Source: a virus
Taxonomy: Duplodnaviria > Caudoviricetes
Reading direction: 5' to 3' (one strand)
Virus record (IMG/VR): IMGVR_UViG_2558860226_000001
Location: 36,780-100,779 of that record
Length of the DNA stretch: 64,000 nt
Of the stretch, positions 18,194 through 28,265 are shown in pieces. A model generated the notes under the pieces. It was not told where the DNA came from. It did no database searches and was given only the letters and a program-made list of their open reading frames with translations. The position numbers and the translations under genes are program-made. Position 1 is the first letter of the stretch. Each line of letters begins with the position of its first letter.

Positions 18194-19658
18194 TCATGGC
18201 TTTCTGCCTTGCACGGTGATGCCAGCTGCGCGGATAGCATTTGCTGCGTGCTCTCGCATCATATTCCAGTCGTCACCTTCCCAAGCGACTTGATGCGCCC
18301 CCATCGCTGCCGGTATCTCAACCACCAGCGCAGCGCGGCTGGCTTGCCATGCCTCCCAGCTGCTTTTGTGCAGTTTTTTAATGGACAGTAGGCTAGCCCC
18401 ATTCCGCATCATTTCTTCCTTTTGCGGCTTAAACCACGCCTCAAACTCACTGCGCATCTGGTCTGTGCTCATGGCCTGCCTCGCTCAAATCGTCGATTAG
18501 CAAAATATTATAAATTACAGGCTGGTACCTGCGCCTATACTCCATCACCGGTATCATTATACCCAGCACCCAGAACATGAGTCCGAATATTAATCCGCCG
18601 TGATGTGGCGATACAGACATCAAAACCATGACCATGCTTCCCAACCACAGGAAGCCAAGCAGACATGTCATACCATCCGCCTCCCAATCTCCGCCGCAGC
18701 CTCGACGATGGCACGGCGAGTGGCGGCTAATTCATCCGCTCCGTTGACCCTGACGCTCAGGCCCGCAATGGTTTCTGCTAGAGCCGATTCCGTTGTAATG
18801 CTAACCCGCATACGCAATTCTACCGCCAGCCTGAAAGCATCGCCGTCGTTGGTTAGAGGATTCCAATATGAATGCATCGCGGCCATGATTTTGTTCTTTG
18901 GTGCTGGCAAACGGGGTCCGAAATACAAGCCGTGGCCTTCTCTTTCGGCGTAATCAAAATCAAGCGGACCCATCCCGGCAGCCTTCGCCGCCAGCTCCAG
19001 CAATTCGCGGTCAGTCATGCCCCACCTCCACCAACTCCTGCGGCACTTCTACTTCTTCCCCAAGCACCGATGCGACTACAGCGCGGCAAATGGCGATCAA
19101 CTGCGTCTCACCTCTCTGGATTGCGTTATCCACGTGTGGATGAATGCTGGCAATGTGAGTTAATCTATTTTCGTCCTCGTCGTCACTGAGCCATATTCCA
19201 TATTTCTCAATAAGCGGGGCACATTCTTTCCAATGTGTGCTGGGGCTGTATCCCATCTTGTCGAAAGAGCCGATTTTTAATTTCGGGTCTGATAGCTCAT
19301 CGCCCCATATCCAATATCCGCCGTTTGCTCCAATCCCAAAATCCATTGGATCATACTTAATTTCATGACCATCAGCGGTCGCTACAGCCCAATCAAGCGC
19401 CGCTCCACTCAACTCACTTGTTTTCACTTTCACTTTTCACCCCTTTAATCAGTAAGGAATACATTCATCACAACCAGCAGACCAGCCAACTCCACCACAT
19501 TTAGGGCAGACATATGGCTCGGCATCTTCATCCTGCGTCAGTCTTTTTAGAACTGATTCCAAGTGCTCACTTTCGAATCCATCTTGGAAAAAGCAGGTGA
19601 TTAGTTGCGTCAGTTCATCCTGTTCAAATTCATTGAGTTCGATTTGCATCGCTTTCAC
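18194..19658 (-). CDS. Cluster of small nin-region ORFs: 18194-18472, 18447-18671 (TM), 18668-19018 and 19011-19433 (NinX/DUF2591-like), 19449-19658
   Basis: Translationally coupled ORFs; ELSGAALDWAVA..YSPST.W..PLIEKY in 19011-19433. Confidence 0.6.
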
Positions 19659-19867
19659 CTTTAACTTTTCTCGCGCACAAACTCGCGCCGCCTATTCCTG
19701 TTTGTTTATATTGCCTTCACCAACGGCGTGATATTCGTTTAGTGCGTCAACGATGACATCGATAATATCCCCTGTTGACATTTGTCCGAGAATTTCAATA
19801 ACGCTAAAACTTTGTTCAACCCCAAAAAAACTTTGTAGCGCCAAAATTAATTCTTGGTATGTAGTTT

Positions 19868-20353
19868 TCACGGTCTCACCTCATCTCTAATGCGCTCTAT
19901 TTCGCTAATTGCTGATAACATCCCGATCCGCATACGTTCCGATTTTTCCAACCGCAATTTATCTCGCACAATTGCCAGCGCTGAATTGAGTGATTCAATT
20001 TTCGCCTGTGCAATTGCCTGTCTATGTGTTTGTTTTAGTGCTGGCTTGATATTTACTTTCGGAGTCCATAGCGATTTACGGCTTCTTTGCTCTGCCATGA
20101 TAGCGTCTAACATTTCTCGCTCGTTTTGCATAGAATCACCCAATGTCACATGCATATGGCTTATGATGTATTCCGGCGTTTCTTTCACCTCAATCCTGTC
20201 ACCGCTAGTCATTCTCAGAACTGTTCTCCCAGCAGAAAAAAATGATTCGATGTGGCTAGGCTGAATATAAATCGGCTCATACTCGATTCGCTCTTGTCCA
20301 TCGATTCCTGCCGATTGAATTAGGTGTACCTGACTTAATTTGATTACGTTCAT
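19868..20353 (-). CDS. Hypothetical phage protein
   Basis: AGGAGG SD before ATG; 161-aa ORF. Confidence 0.55.
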   Translation of the reverse strand: MNVIKLSQVHLIQSAGIDGQERIEYEPIYIQPSHIESFFSAGRTVLRMTSGDRIEVKETPEYIISHMHVTLGDSMQNEREMLDAIMAEQRSRKSLWTPKVNIKPALKQTHRQAIAQAKIESLNSALAIVRDKLRLEKSERMRIGMLSAISEIERIRDEVRP

Positions 20354-20377
20354 ATCACATCCTCCTGTTTATTCGGT

Positions 20378-20587
20378 CTAGGCGTCAACGTCCCAATCTG
20401 AGAACTCGATAATTAAATCGAATACCCGTTCGATTGATGCTTTCGCCTGCTGTAAATTCTCCGCTGATTCAGCATCAGCGCACTTAACGCCGTTAAGCTG
20501 CCCCATAACCAACTCCTTAAACTCTATGGCGTCTTTGCGGTTGCTGATTGCTCTGGTTCTGCTGAGAAAGTCGATGATTTCAGCCAT
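20378..20587 (-). CDS. Hypothetical phage protein
   Basis: MAEIIDF start coupled to upstream stop. Confidence 0.5.
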   Translation of the reverse strand: MAEIIDFLSRTRAISNRKDAIEFKELVMGQLNGVKCADAESAENLQQAKASIERVFDLIIEFSDWDVDA

Positions 20588-21180
20588 CACGCAGCCCCTT
20601 TGTTTTCGATGAGGAACATCCCGTTGCGGATCTGCTTGGCTTTGGTCACATCGCCCAGCAAAAACGGCTTTGGCGCTTCCTGAAATCCAGAGCGGATGTT
20701 TTGGGCATCGTCCATGCCGATCAGGATGGTTTCGCACTTCTGCACACCAGTGATCAGCATCGCTCGGTAGCGCTTCTCAAACTCACGCGCTCGGAACGGC
20801 AACTCCTCCTCAGTGACGCCAGCAAACTCAATCCAGCCACCCATTTCAGAAATCACTGCGTGAATCGCGGGATCATCGAATACAACGCTGTTGCGGCGTC
20901 CGTAGCTGCAAATGGCCTTGTATGCCTTGCTCCATGCCTGTAACGCTCTGCCGTCCTTGTTTCCCTCGATGTGCCGTAGCAGGTCAGCAGGCTTGGGAAA
21001 GAATTGCCCGTTGTCGGTGTCGCGGGTATGCCCCTGAAATGCTCTTTGCACGTCCTCAGACGGATACGGCTTTAGGGCGTTCCAGTAAATCCCGATCATC
21101 ACCTCGGAAATCTCTTTCCCGTATATCTCGCCAATCGCTGCCATCGACTGAGCGAACTTAGGTTTTTCAGTGTCGTTCAT
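20587..21180 (-). CDS. Putative helicase loader (DUF6475-like, P position)
   Basis: FFPKPADL, SVVFDDP.IHAVI.MGGW; directly after O. Confidence 0.65.
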   Translation of the reverse strand: MNDTEKPKFAQSMAAIGEIYGKEISEVMIGIYWNALKPYPSEDVQRAFQGHTRDTDNGQFFPKPADLLRHIEGNKDGRALQAWSKAYKAICSYGRRNSVVFDDPAIHAVISEMGGWIEFAGVTEEELPFRAREFEKRYRAMLITGVQKCETILIGMDDAQNIRSGFQEAPKPFLLGDVTKAKQIRNGMFLIENKGAA

Positions 21181-22103
21181 CAGAATGGTGCTCCGCTGTC
21201 GCCCTCTCCTGCCCAGCGCTGGAGACGGTCAAGGTTTCTTGCAGTGGTTGCCGAGTATTTCCCGGCGGCGATCGCCTTCGCGTGCTCGTTGTCGTCAAGG
21301 TCGCGTAGCTTTTCGACCTGAGCGGCGTCACGCAGGATTGTCTCGATGCCGTCATAGCGCTTGTTGGACGGGTTTTTGCCCATTAGCCAAGAGTCGTATT
21401 TGGCACCAGATATCGCTTTGCAGAGGTCAGCAACGGTGAATCCCTCATCGAGACGGGCGTTGATTCGCTTGCGGCGCTTCTGGTCGAGTTTTGATGTCAG
21501 GTGGTTATGCTCTGCCTGCCAGTGGCTGAACACGGTTTTAATGGCTTGTGATGCTGGTTGTTCTGGCGGTTTCTCTTCGTCCTGCTCAGGTGGTTTTTCA
21601 CACGCGTCCCCAGCGGGGACTATAGGGGTAATACTGTCTTTATTGTCTTTTGTAATATTGTCTTTTGTGTTTGACCGTTTCGGTAAATCGCTTTTTACCG
21701 ATTTAGGAAAGGTTTTCTTTACCGATTCGGTAAATGTTTTACTGAATCCGTTAAACTTGGTTTTCCACTCAGAAACGGCCTTGTTCATCCCTACCTGACG
21801 CCCTTGTTGTACAAGGACTCCCATCCTGATTAACTCGTTTCTTGCTGTAGAGCATTTTGTTGCCGCCATCCCTGTTAGCTCTGCGAACTGCTCATTGCCG
21901 ATCCAGTCCATTTTTTTGTTATAGCCGTAGGTCTTTCTCCATACGGCCATAACAATCAGCAGTTGGTGTTGCGTCAGGCCGGATAACATCACGGCCTCCA
22001 GCAATTCGTTAGCAGTTCGCGTGTAACCATCGTCGAGATCTGCCACTCTTTTCTCCTGCCCCGGCTCAGGTCCGGGGAATTTGATTACCTCAGCAGTGTT
22101 CAT
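21180..22103 (-). CDS. Replication initiator O-like protein
   Basis: VADLDDGYTR.ANELLEA, RKTYGYNKKMDW lambda O N-domain. Confidence 0.9.
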   Translation of the reverse strand: MNTAEVIKFPGPEPGQEKRVADLDDGYTRTANELLEAVMLSGLTQHQLLIVMAVWRKTYGYNKKMDWIGNEQFAELTGMAATKCSTARNELIRMGVLVQQGRQVGMNKAVSEWKTKFNGFSKTFTESVKKTFPKSVKSDLPKRSNTKDNITKDNKDSITPIVPAGDACEKPPEQDEEKPPEQPASQAIKTVFSHWQAEHNHLTSKLDQKRRKRINARLDEGFTVADLCKAISGAKYDSWLMGKNPSNKRYDGIETILRDAAQVEKLRDLDDNEHAKAIAAGKYSATTARNLDRLQRWAGEGDSGAPF

Positions 22104-22112
22104 GCCCCCTCC

Positions 22113-22649
22113 CTAGATGCGCATCGGCATAATGACCAGCGTTCCATTGCCGAAAGCGCTGTTGAACTCAACGATTGATGCTTCTGTGTTACCGTTTGGC
22201 TTGATCTTGATGCCACAGAATTTCGGGTTGTATAGCTTTGCGGCTTTTTCGATGTCAGCCAGATAACCAGCGTTAAAGCCGATCTCGTCAGTAGGCTTAC
22301 TTTCAAATTTTGAGGTGAGGCGTTCGATGTCAGGGAATCGAGCGTCAATTACTTCACACAGGCCAGCGCCAACGCGCAATCCATGAGCGTCAAGATAAGA
22401 AACGTTACCTGTATCAGTATCAATTTCGGCTTTCTCGAATCTGGTAGGCTTGGCACCCTTGATAGCGACGATCACGCGATCTTCTAGGCCATCAGTTTCA
22501 TGTTGGCCGATAAACGCTCTGTGGCCATCTGTCGAATAAAGCTTTTTGTCAGGAGCAAAACAGATGCCATTGAGGTAATAACGAACATCCGCTTTTGCTT
22601 GGAAAATCATTGCGCTTAACAGCGCGGTTTTGCTGACAGTTAAAATCAT
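22113..22649 (-). CDS. Partial DNA polymerase III beta-clamp-like protein
   Basis: DVRYYLNG, STDGHR, RFPDIER, IGFNAGYL, VIMPMRI. Confidence 0.75.
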   Translation of the reverse strand: MILTVSKTALLSAMIFQAKADVRYYLNGICFAPDKKLYSTDGHRAFIGQHETDGLEDRVIVAIKGAKPTRFEKAEIDTDTGNVSYLDAHGLRVGAGLCEVIDARFPDIERLTSKFESKPTDEIGFNAGYLADIEKAAKLYNPKFCGIKIKPNGNTEASIVEFNSAFGNGTLVIMPMRI

Positions 22650-22667
22650 GGTATTATTCCTATCGGT

Positions 22668-22961
22668 TTAAAATTCCATCGATATCTGAGAATCCGTGTC
22701 CTTGCCCGACGCGGATTTTTTCTTTATGAGCAACAGAGCAACTTGTTTAGCCAAATGCGCCAACTCATCGTCATCAACGCCCCATTCCAGCACTGCCAGT
22801 AACAGGCTCATGCGCGGTATCAGCGTTTCTTTCCACCGGGTAATCTGTGATGGATTTACGCCCACTGCCTCAGCAATAGCGCTGACCCCTTTCACAGCAA
22901 TTTTGTTCAGTAAAGCGCTCTCAATGTGCAGAGCTTCTTTGCGTGTTTTTGCACGTTCCAT
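22668..22961 (-). CDS. cII: CII transcriptional activator
   Basis: IESALLNKIA, SQITRWK, LLAVLEWGV, C-terminal QISMEF. Confidence 0.9.
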   Translation of the reverse strand: MERAKTRKEALHIESALLNKIAVKGVSAIAEAVGVNPSQITRWKETLIPRMSLLLAVLEWGVDDDELAHLAKQVALLLIKKKSASGKDTDSQISMEF

Positions 22962-23013
22962 TTGTGATACTTATCCGTGTTGAATACATAGGCATCCCGT
23001 GGGGTGCCACTGT

Positions 23014-23056
23014 GTTTGTTTGGGGTGAATCACCCACATCAGGCTGTTAAAGAGCG
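23014..23056 (-). promoter_or_regulatory. nutR (boxA + hairpin)
   Basis: CGCTCTTTAACA then GCCTGA and GGGTG-ATT-CACCC just after cro. Confidence 0.75.
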
Positions 23057-23063
23057 GCGTTAC

Positions 23064-23279
23064 TTATGCGGCACTGAAAATATCAGGGTAAAGTTCTTCC
23101 TTACTGAGTCCGGTTGCTGCCAAAAATTTGTTCATTTTTCGTGCTGGCAACCGGCCACCGCGCCGTTTAATCATGTTGATGGCCTGCGGAGTTACACCCA
23201 CTTTTTCAGCCAAGTTCTTTTGGCTGCCACCAACAGCGGCTACGGCTTTTTCCAGCGGTGTAGTCTGCGTGTTGATCAT
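23064..23279 (-). CDS. cro: Cro-like repressor
   Basis: HTH GSQKNLAEKVGVTPQAI, ELYPDIF; divergent from cI. Confidence 0.85.
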   Translation of the reverse strand: MINTQTTPLEKAVAAVGGSQKNLAEKVGVTPQAINMIKRRGGRLPARKMNKFLAATGLSKEELYPDIFSAA

Positions 23280-23295
23280 ATCTATCTCCGTTTAT

Positions 23296-23375
23296 TTAAA
23301 TCAACGTAATGTTAACTCCTTAGCTGGAATAAATCAACATAATGATGATGGATGTGAATAAACAATATGTTTATA
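23296..23375. promoter_or_regulatory. oR operators (about three AACAT-N-ATGTT-type palindromes)
   Basis: TCAACGTAATGTTAA, TCAACATAATGATGA, TAAACAATATGTTTA between cro and cI. Confidence 0.7.
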
Positions 23376-23396
23376 TTTTGTGATATGGAGATCGCC

Positions 23397-24110
23397 ATGA
23401 AAACAGCTGAAGACAGAATCGAATACATCATTGATAGTGAAGGGATTAGGCAAAAAGACCTAGCCCGAATGGTCAATGCCACACCTCAAACAGTAAATAA
23501 CTGGAAAAAACGAAACTCGATCAGCAAGGACGCAGCAAAAAAAATAGCTGAAATGTATGGCTATTCCTTAGAGTGGGTTCTTGATGGGACAGGTAGCCCA
23601 AAGCCAATCATCAATAGAGAGTCCACAGTTCCACCGGAATCAGAGTGGGATACAGTTGATGCATGGGATAAAAAAACACCACTACCTAGCGACGAGGTCG
23701 AAGTTCCATTTTTGCGTGACATAGAACTCGCCGCTGGAGATGGTCGAATATCAGAAGACGATTATAACGGATTCAAATTGAGATTTTCGAAAGCCACTTT
23801 GCGCCGGGTTGGCGCTAATACTGATGGGTCTGGAATTTTCTGTTTTCCCGCAAGGGGTAACAGTATGGAGCCTAACATACCAGACGGAACAACTGTTGCC
23901 GTCAACATTGACGACAAAAAAATAGTTGATGGAAAAATATACGCAATAAATCAAGATGGCTGGAAACGCATAAAACTACTGTACCGGACCGGGCCGGATA
24001 CATTGAGTATACGCAGCTATAACAGCGCAGAACACCCGCCAGAAGAAGCCGCCATCTCAAATGTAGAGATTATCGGGCGCGTATTCTGGTGGTCTGTAAT
24101 AGATTACTAG
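23397..24110 (+). CDS. cI: CI repressor (HTH + S24 autopeptidase)
   Basis: HTH, LAAG cleavage site, GNSMEP catalytic Ser, RIK Lys. Confidence 0.92.
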   Translation: MKTAEDRIEYIIDSEGIRQKDLARMVNATPQTVNNWKKRNSISKDAAKKIAEMYGYSLEWVLDGTGSPKPIINRESTVPPESEWDTVDAWDKKTPLPSDEVEVPFLRDIELAAGDGRISEDDYNGFKLRFSKATLRRVGANTDGSGIFCFPARGNSMEPNIPDGTTVAVNIDDKKIVDGKIYAINQDGWKRIKLLYRTGPDTLSIRSYNSAEHPPEEAAISNVEIIGRVFWWSVIDY

Positions 24111-24180
24111 CCACAGGCGGTGGGTGTTGGTGCGAACTTCAATAGGCAGCAAACAGTAAATTTACTGTATATGAGATCAG

Positions 24181-25134
24181 GTGAATGCCATAATGGAAGC
24201 AAGTGGAATTGCGGAAACAGACGACATGAAGTTCAGAATTGTTTATGACGGCCCAGCCCTAGACAACCATGAGATGGATGTCCGCGATTTGGCACCTGCC
24301 CTTCTGTCGCTATCTGATGCTTTAGAGGAGGCGGGAAAGACAATCTATGGAAAAGAAAGGCGCGTATCAGTAAAGGTAAATGCTTCTTTTAAAGCTGGAT
24401 CTTTCGGCGTCGATCTCATAGCTCAATCATCATCACTAACCAGCCAAATAATCGGAGCTTTTTCTGGCAATAGTGCCTCTGCTGCCTGCAACATAATAAG
24501 CCTGGTTGGGTTTGGATATTTAGCATCAAAACAGTCTTATAAAGGTCTGCTCCAGTTAATCAAATGGCTGGGGCCAAGAAAGATAAAAAGAATAGAACCA
24601 ACATTTGATGGCTGCACAGAGATTTTCACTGATGGTGAAAGTGAGGTTTTTGAGTCTCAAGTTATTGAATTATATAAAAACAAAAAATTAAGGCGATCTC
24701 TTGAAAATGTAATCACTAAACCTTTAGAGAGAGATGGTATCGACAGTTTCGCCGTCACCATCGACAACGGGAAAACTTTTGTTGAAGTCAGTAAAGACGA
24801 AGCGATATTTTTCAAAGTTGATAACATAGAAGAATCAATAATATCTGAGTCCATTACTGAGAAAGCACTTCAACCCTTAGATATCTCTTTTCGTGAAGGA
24901 CACAAGTGGCAGTTTTCAGATGGAGCGAGCCCATTTCAAGCTGAAGTTAGTGATGAACGATTCCTAAAGGCTATTGATGACCAATCAATAGCCTTTGCTA
25001 AGGGTGATCTCTTGCTAGTTGATTTGAAAGTAACGCAGTATCTAGCAGAGAAAGGCATCAAGACTACCTATGAAATTGTGAATGTTAAGAAGATCATAAA
25101 CCCACAACGGCAAATTGAATTCCCCTTCGAGTAA
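24181..25134 (+). CDS. Hypothetical protein in the cI-N (rex) position
   Basis: 317-aa ORF co-oriented with cI, followed by terminator. Confidence 0.75.
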   Translation: MNAIMEASGIAETDDMKFRIVYDGPALDNHEMDVRDLAPALLSLSDALEEAGKTIYGKERRVSVKVNASFKAGSFGVDLIAQSSSLTSQIIGAFSGNSASAACNIISLVGFGYLASKQSYKGLLQLIKWLGPRKIKRIEPTFDGCTEIFTDGESEVFESQVIELYKNKKLRRSLENVITKPLERDGIDSFAVTIDNGKTFVEVSKDEAIFFKVDNIEESIISESITEKALQPLDISFREGHKWQFSDGASPFQAEVSDERFLKAIDDQSIAFAKGDLLLVDLKVTQYLAEKGIKTTYEIVNVKKIINPQRQIEFPFE

Positions 25135-25139
25135 TCCCA

Positions 25140-25163
25140 CCCGGCTCCGCGCCGGGTTTTTTA
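25140..25163 (+). terminator. Intrinsic terminator
   Basis: CCCGGC-TCCGC-GCCGGG-TTTTTT. Confidence 0.7.
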
Positions 25164-25261
25164 TGCCCATCCTCAATCCCCTTTGTCTTGAACACATAAA
25201 TCAACACTGATAAAAATAAATAAACATAAAAATCAACGGAATGAGCATTTTTATAAAAAAT

Positions 25262-25305
25262 AAATCAACATTATGTTGACCGAGCAATTCACATGATGTT
25301 TAATT
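25262..25305 (+). promoter_or_regulatory. pL/oL
   Basis: TCAACATTATGTTGA and TTCACATGATGTTTA operators overlapping TTGACC...TTTAAT. Confidence 0.7.
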
Positions 25306-25346
25306 GATTCACAGCAGGACGCTGACTCAGTACAAAACGGATTTAT

Positions 25347-25391
25347 TGCTCTTTAACAATACGCCTGAGGGTGTTTCACCCCCAAAAAAAC
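25347..25391 (+). promoter_or_regulatory. nutL (boxA + hairpin)
   Basis: GCTCTTTAACA, GCCTGA, GGGTG-TTT-CACCC matching nutR. Confidence 0.75.
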
Positions 25392-25451
25392 AAGCGATTT
25401 CACCCTGCTGCTTTACGAAGCGGCATGAATGAAACCACTGGAGATATCCAT

Positions 25452-25691
25452 ATGCCAAGAAACACACACAAGAATTTAGCGCGAGCGATTGCTCATCGTG
25501 CAGCACAGCAAGCCGATATTCGACTGGCTCGGAAAATTGAGGCGGCAATTTCAGGTTGTTCAGAACGCGTAACAAAGGCTCTGATTGAATTACCGCGAGT
25601 GACAGAAGTAGATAGCGGTGCTACATGCATACCTGATGTTGCGCTATTTCGAGCCGGGTATCGTAAATCTGAAAATATTAGTGCGAGGTGA
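25452..25691 (+). CDS. N-like antiterminator
   Basis: First pL gene; SGCSERV and C-terminal CIPDVALFRAGYRKSENISAR typical of lambdoid N proteins. Confidence 0.75.
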   Translation: MPRNTHKNLARAIAHRAAQQADIRLARKIEAAISGCSERVTKALIELPRVTEVDSGATCIPDVALFRAGYRKSENISAR

Positions 25692-26921
25692 GTATGAAAG
25701 ACAGGCCAAATAAAATTTTACTTACATGCATTCAAAACAACGAACATTCTCCGGAGCGATTAATAAATCAAAAAAGAATGGTTGAGATGGCTATATCAGC
25801 ATGGTCTATTGGTGGCAATTGTTATGATGAGAACAAGCACATCGCCGGATATTGCGAAGAACAAAGAGGCTATTTTTACGAGGCATTAAATCTAATAAAT
25901 AATCTGCTAGTTAAGTTTAATTGAAAGGCCGCATAGCGCGGCCTCTTTTATTACCACATAAATTCTATGGGATGCGGTGACGCCAACACCGGGGTGCGAA
26001 TATACAGACATTGTTTGTATCTCACCGCATCGCCATAGAGTTTATTGCATCCGATTAATAACTGAGTGAGGGGATATGGACGATATATGCGTTGGATATA
26101 TCCGAATAAATAACAGCAACGGAACATACTTAATGGATGGCACGACGCTTCCAGTTTATGTTGATGCCGATTTTGGACTGTACGCCATTGAAGAGTATGA
26201 GAAAGGCGAGCCATGTAATCACTCTCTCCAAGATTTACGAGAGGATGGCGTAGATTTCACGCTGGTAAATATTAATAACTTAATCAGTACAGAGAGGTGA
26301 GAGATGGGTAAATACATCATCGTCTGGAATGAGAATAAAACGCAAGGGATTCTTCTCAGCCAAGAGAACGAAACAATAGATACATACGATGACGCATTTC
26401 ATGCAGGCGGGGGAATGGAGCAAGGTAATGTTGCGTCATTGGCTGATGCTTTCAGAAATATATATGGGGAAGAACAGCAGTGCTCTTATCAGTGCGTAGA
26501 TATTGAAAACGAAAATAGCATTCCGATCGAACATGATAGCTCAACTTGGGATGATGATTGGGATTATGAAGACGCTAACAATTAACCACCACCCCCGCGC
26601 CAACACCAGATAACGCGATAACACTTAACGCCCTATTGGGCATTGGAGATAGAGATGACAAAGAAAGAAAAGCAATTCGTTGACGATATGATTCGTTGCC
26701 GTGGTATCGATTTTGCCCGTATCGGAATGATGGTTGAAGTTTACGGAGATATCGGAACCATCGTAGGCATGAACGGCAGCGCTAATTTAGATGTGGTTTT
26801 CACCAATCAGCTTAAATATGGAAAGCATCCTGAAAACTGCCATCCAATTTGTGAAGTTAAATATTTCGACGCTGACGGGAAAGTTATTGCTGATTACACA
26901 ACCAAAAATACGGCGGCATAG
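25688..26921 (+). CDS. Small early-left ORFs: 25688-25924, 26076-26300, 26304-26585, 26655-26921
   Basis: SD-preceded co-oriented ORFs, no family recognised. Confidence 0.6.
25925..25951 (+). terminator. tL1-like terminator
   Basis: AGGCCGC-ATAGC-GCGGCCT-CTTTTT. Confidence 0.65.
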
Positions 26922-27008
26922 TTATAAATCAACGGGAGGGAGTGATAAGTAAAATTACCATCCCTCACATCCGCATCACCTACTAATTAATCAATCAGGA
27001 GTTACCCA

Positions 27009-27200
27009 ATGGCATATACCAATGTCGGGGCTATCCCTATGGGTAGCTCACAGCCAGTTTTTGAGTTTGACGCAATTAAATCTATTCAACATGCGAGAGT
27101 GAATATTCTCGCTAGTTCATCATTTACAACTAAGAGTTGGCTGCAACGGTTATTCGAACAAATTGTCGCAACGGTTAATCAAAAGGGGTGTCCGCTATGA
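27009..27200 (+). CDS. CIII-like protein
   Basis: Position and C-terminal WLQRLFEQIVATVNQKGCP. Confidence 0.5.
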   Translation: MAYTNVGAIPMGSSQPVFEFDAIKSIQHARVNILASSSFTTKSWLQRLFEQIVATVNQKGCPL

Positions 27201-27391
27201 GCCAGTCAGTAGAAACCCTATTCCCAAAAACAAGAGTTGCAGCGGCATCTTGGCATCATCACTGTTTAATCATGGCTGGTGAATGCAGAAAAATGGGGAA
27301 TATTGGGGCTGCTGCAAACCATCTTTATTCTGCAGCAATTGCAAGATTAAATTTTCAGCATTTTACACCGAGCGGCAAAGAGCCATTTTGA
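27197..27391 (+). CDS. Hypothetical early protein
   Basis: Coupled ORF. Confidence 0.45.
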   Translation: MSQSVETLFPKTRVAAASWHHHCLIMAGECRKMGNIGAAANHLYSAAIARLNFQHFTPSGKEPF

Positions 27392-27401
27392 GGAATAACA
27401 A

Positions 27402-28265
27402 ATGAAATTTGAAAGGGCTGTACGAAAGAAAGCCAGGCTGCGGCTGGCACTTACCGGGCCAAGCGGATCGGGGAAAACATACAGTGCTCTTTTGGTAGCA
27501 AAAGGTATTGGCGGAAAGATAGCGGTAATCGACACAGAAAAGGGTAGCGCATCGCTTTACTCTGATATCGCTGATTTTGATGTGCTAGAGCTCGAACCAC
27601 CATTCTCTCCTGAGCGTTTTATTGAGGCTATTCATGCGGCAGAAATCGCAGAATACGACACGCTGATTATCGACAGCATCACACATGAATGGGCTGGTGT
27701 TGGCGGCTGTCTGGAGCTGGTAGACACCATCGCAAAGAACAAATTCCGTGGGAATAGCTGGTCAGTGTGGAGTGAAATCAACCCGCGCCACCGCCTATTC
27801 CTTGATGCAATTTTGCGCTCAAACATGCACATCATAGCCACTATGCGGAGCAAGACGGAAACTGCGCAGGTTGAAGAAAATGGCAGAAAAAAAGTTGCAA
27901 AACTTGGGATGAAGTCAGAGCAGCGTGATGGCGTGGAGTATGAATTCACTACCGTTCTTGATATAGGGCATGAGACGCATCATGCAATTGCCAGCAAAGA
28001 TCGCACGAAAATTTTCTCTAATGCAGATCCGGTAATTCTGAGCGAGGCAGTGGGCGCAAGGCTTTTAGAGTGGCTTGACTCTGGCGTCAATCAGCACGAC
28101 GAGGCGCTAAAGCATTTTACTGAAGCCGCCGCGTCAGCTAAGAGCGTGGATGAGCTTAAATCGGCATTCGAAGAGGCGTGGCGAACCCTGCGAGGGTCTA
28201 CCCAGCAGTCAGATGCTAAGAGCGTGTACGACATACGCAAATCTGAATTAGAGGAGTCAGCATAA
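27402..28265 (+). CDS. Sak4-like recombination ATPase
   Basis: GPSGSGKTYSAL, IDTEKGS, IIDSITHEW, YEFT; adjacent to ssb. Confidence 0.85.
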   Translation: MKFERAVRKKARLRLALTGPSGSGKTYSALLVAKGIGGKIAVIDTEKGSASLYSDIADFDVLELEPPFSPERFIEAIHAAEIAEYDTLIIDSITHEWAGVGGCLELVDTIAKNKFRGNSWSVWSEINPRHRLFLDAILRSNMHIIATMRSKTETAQVEENGRKKVAKLGMKSEQRDGVEYEFTTVLDIGHETHHAIASKDRTKIFSNADPVILSEAVGARLLEWLDSGVNQHDEALKHFTEAAASAKSVDELKSAFEEAWRTLRGSTQQSDAKSVYDIRKSELEESA

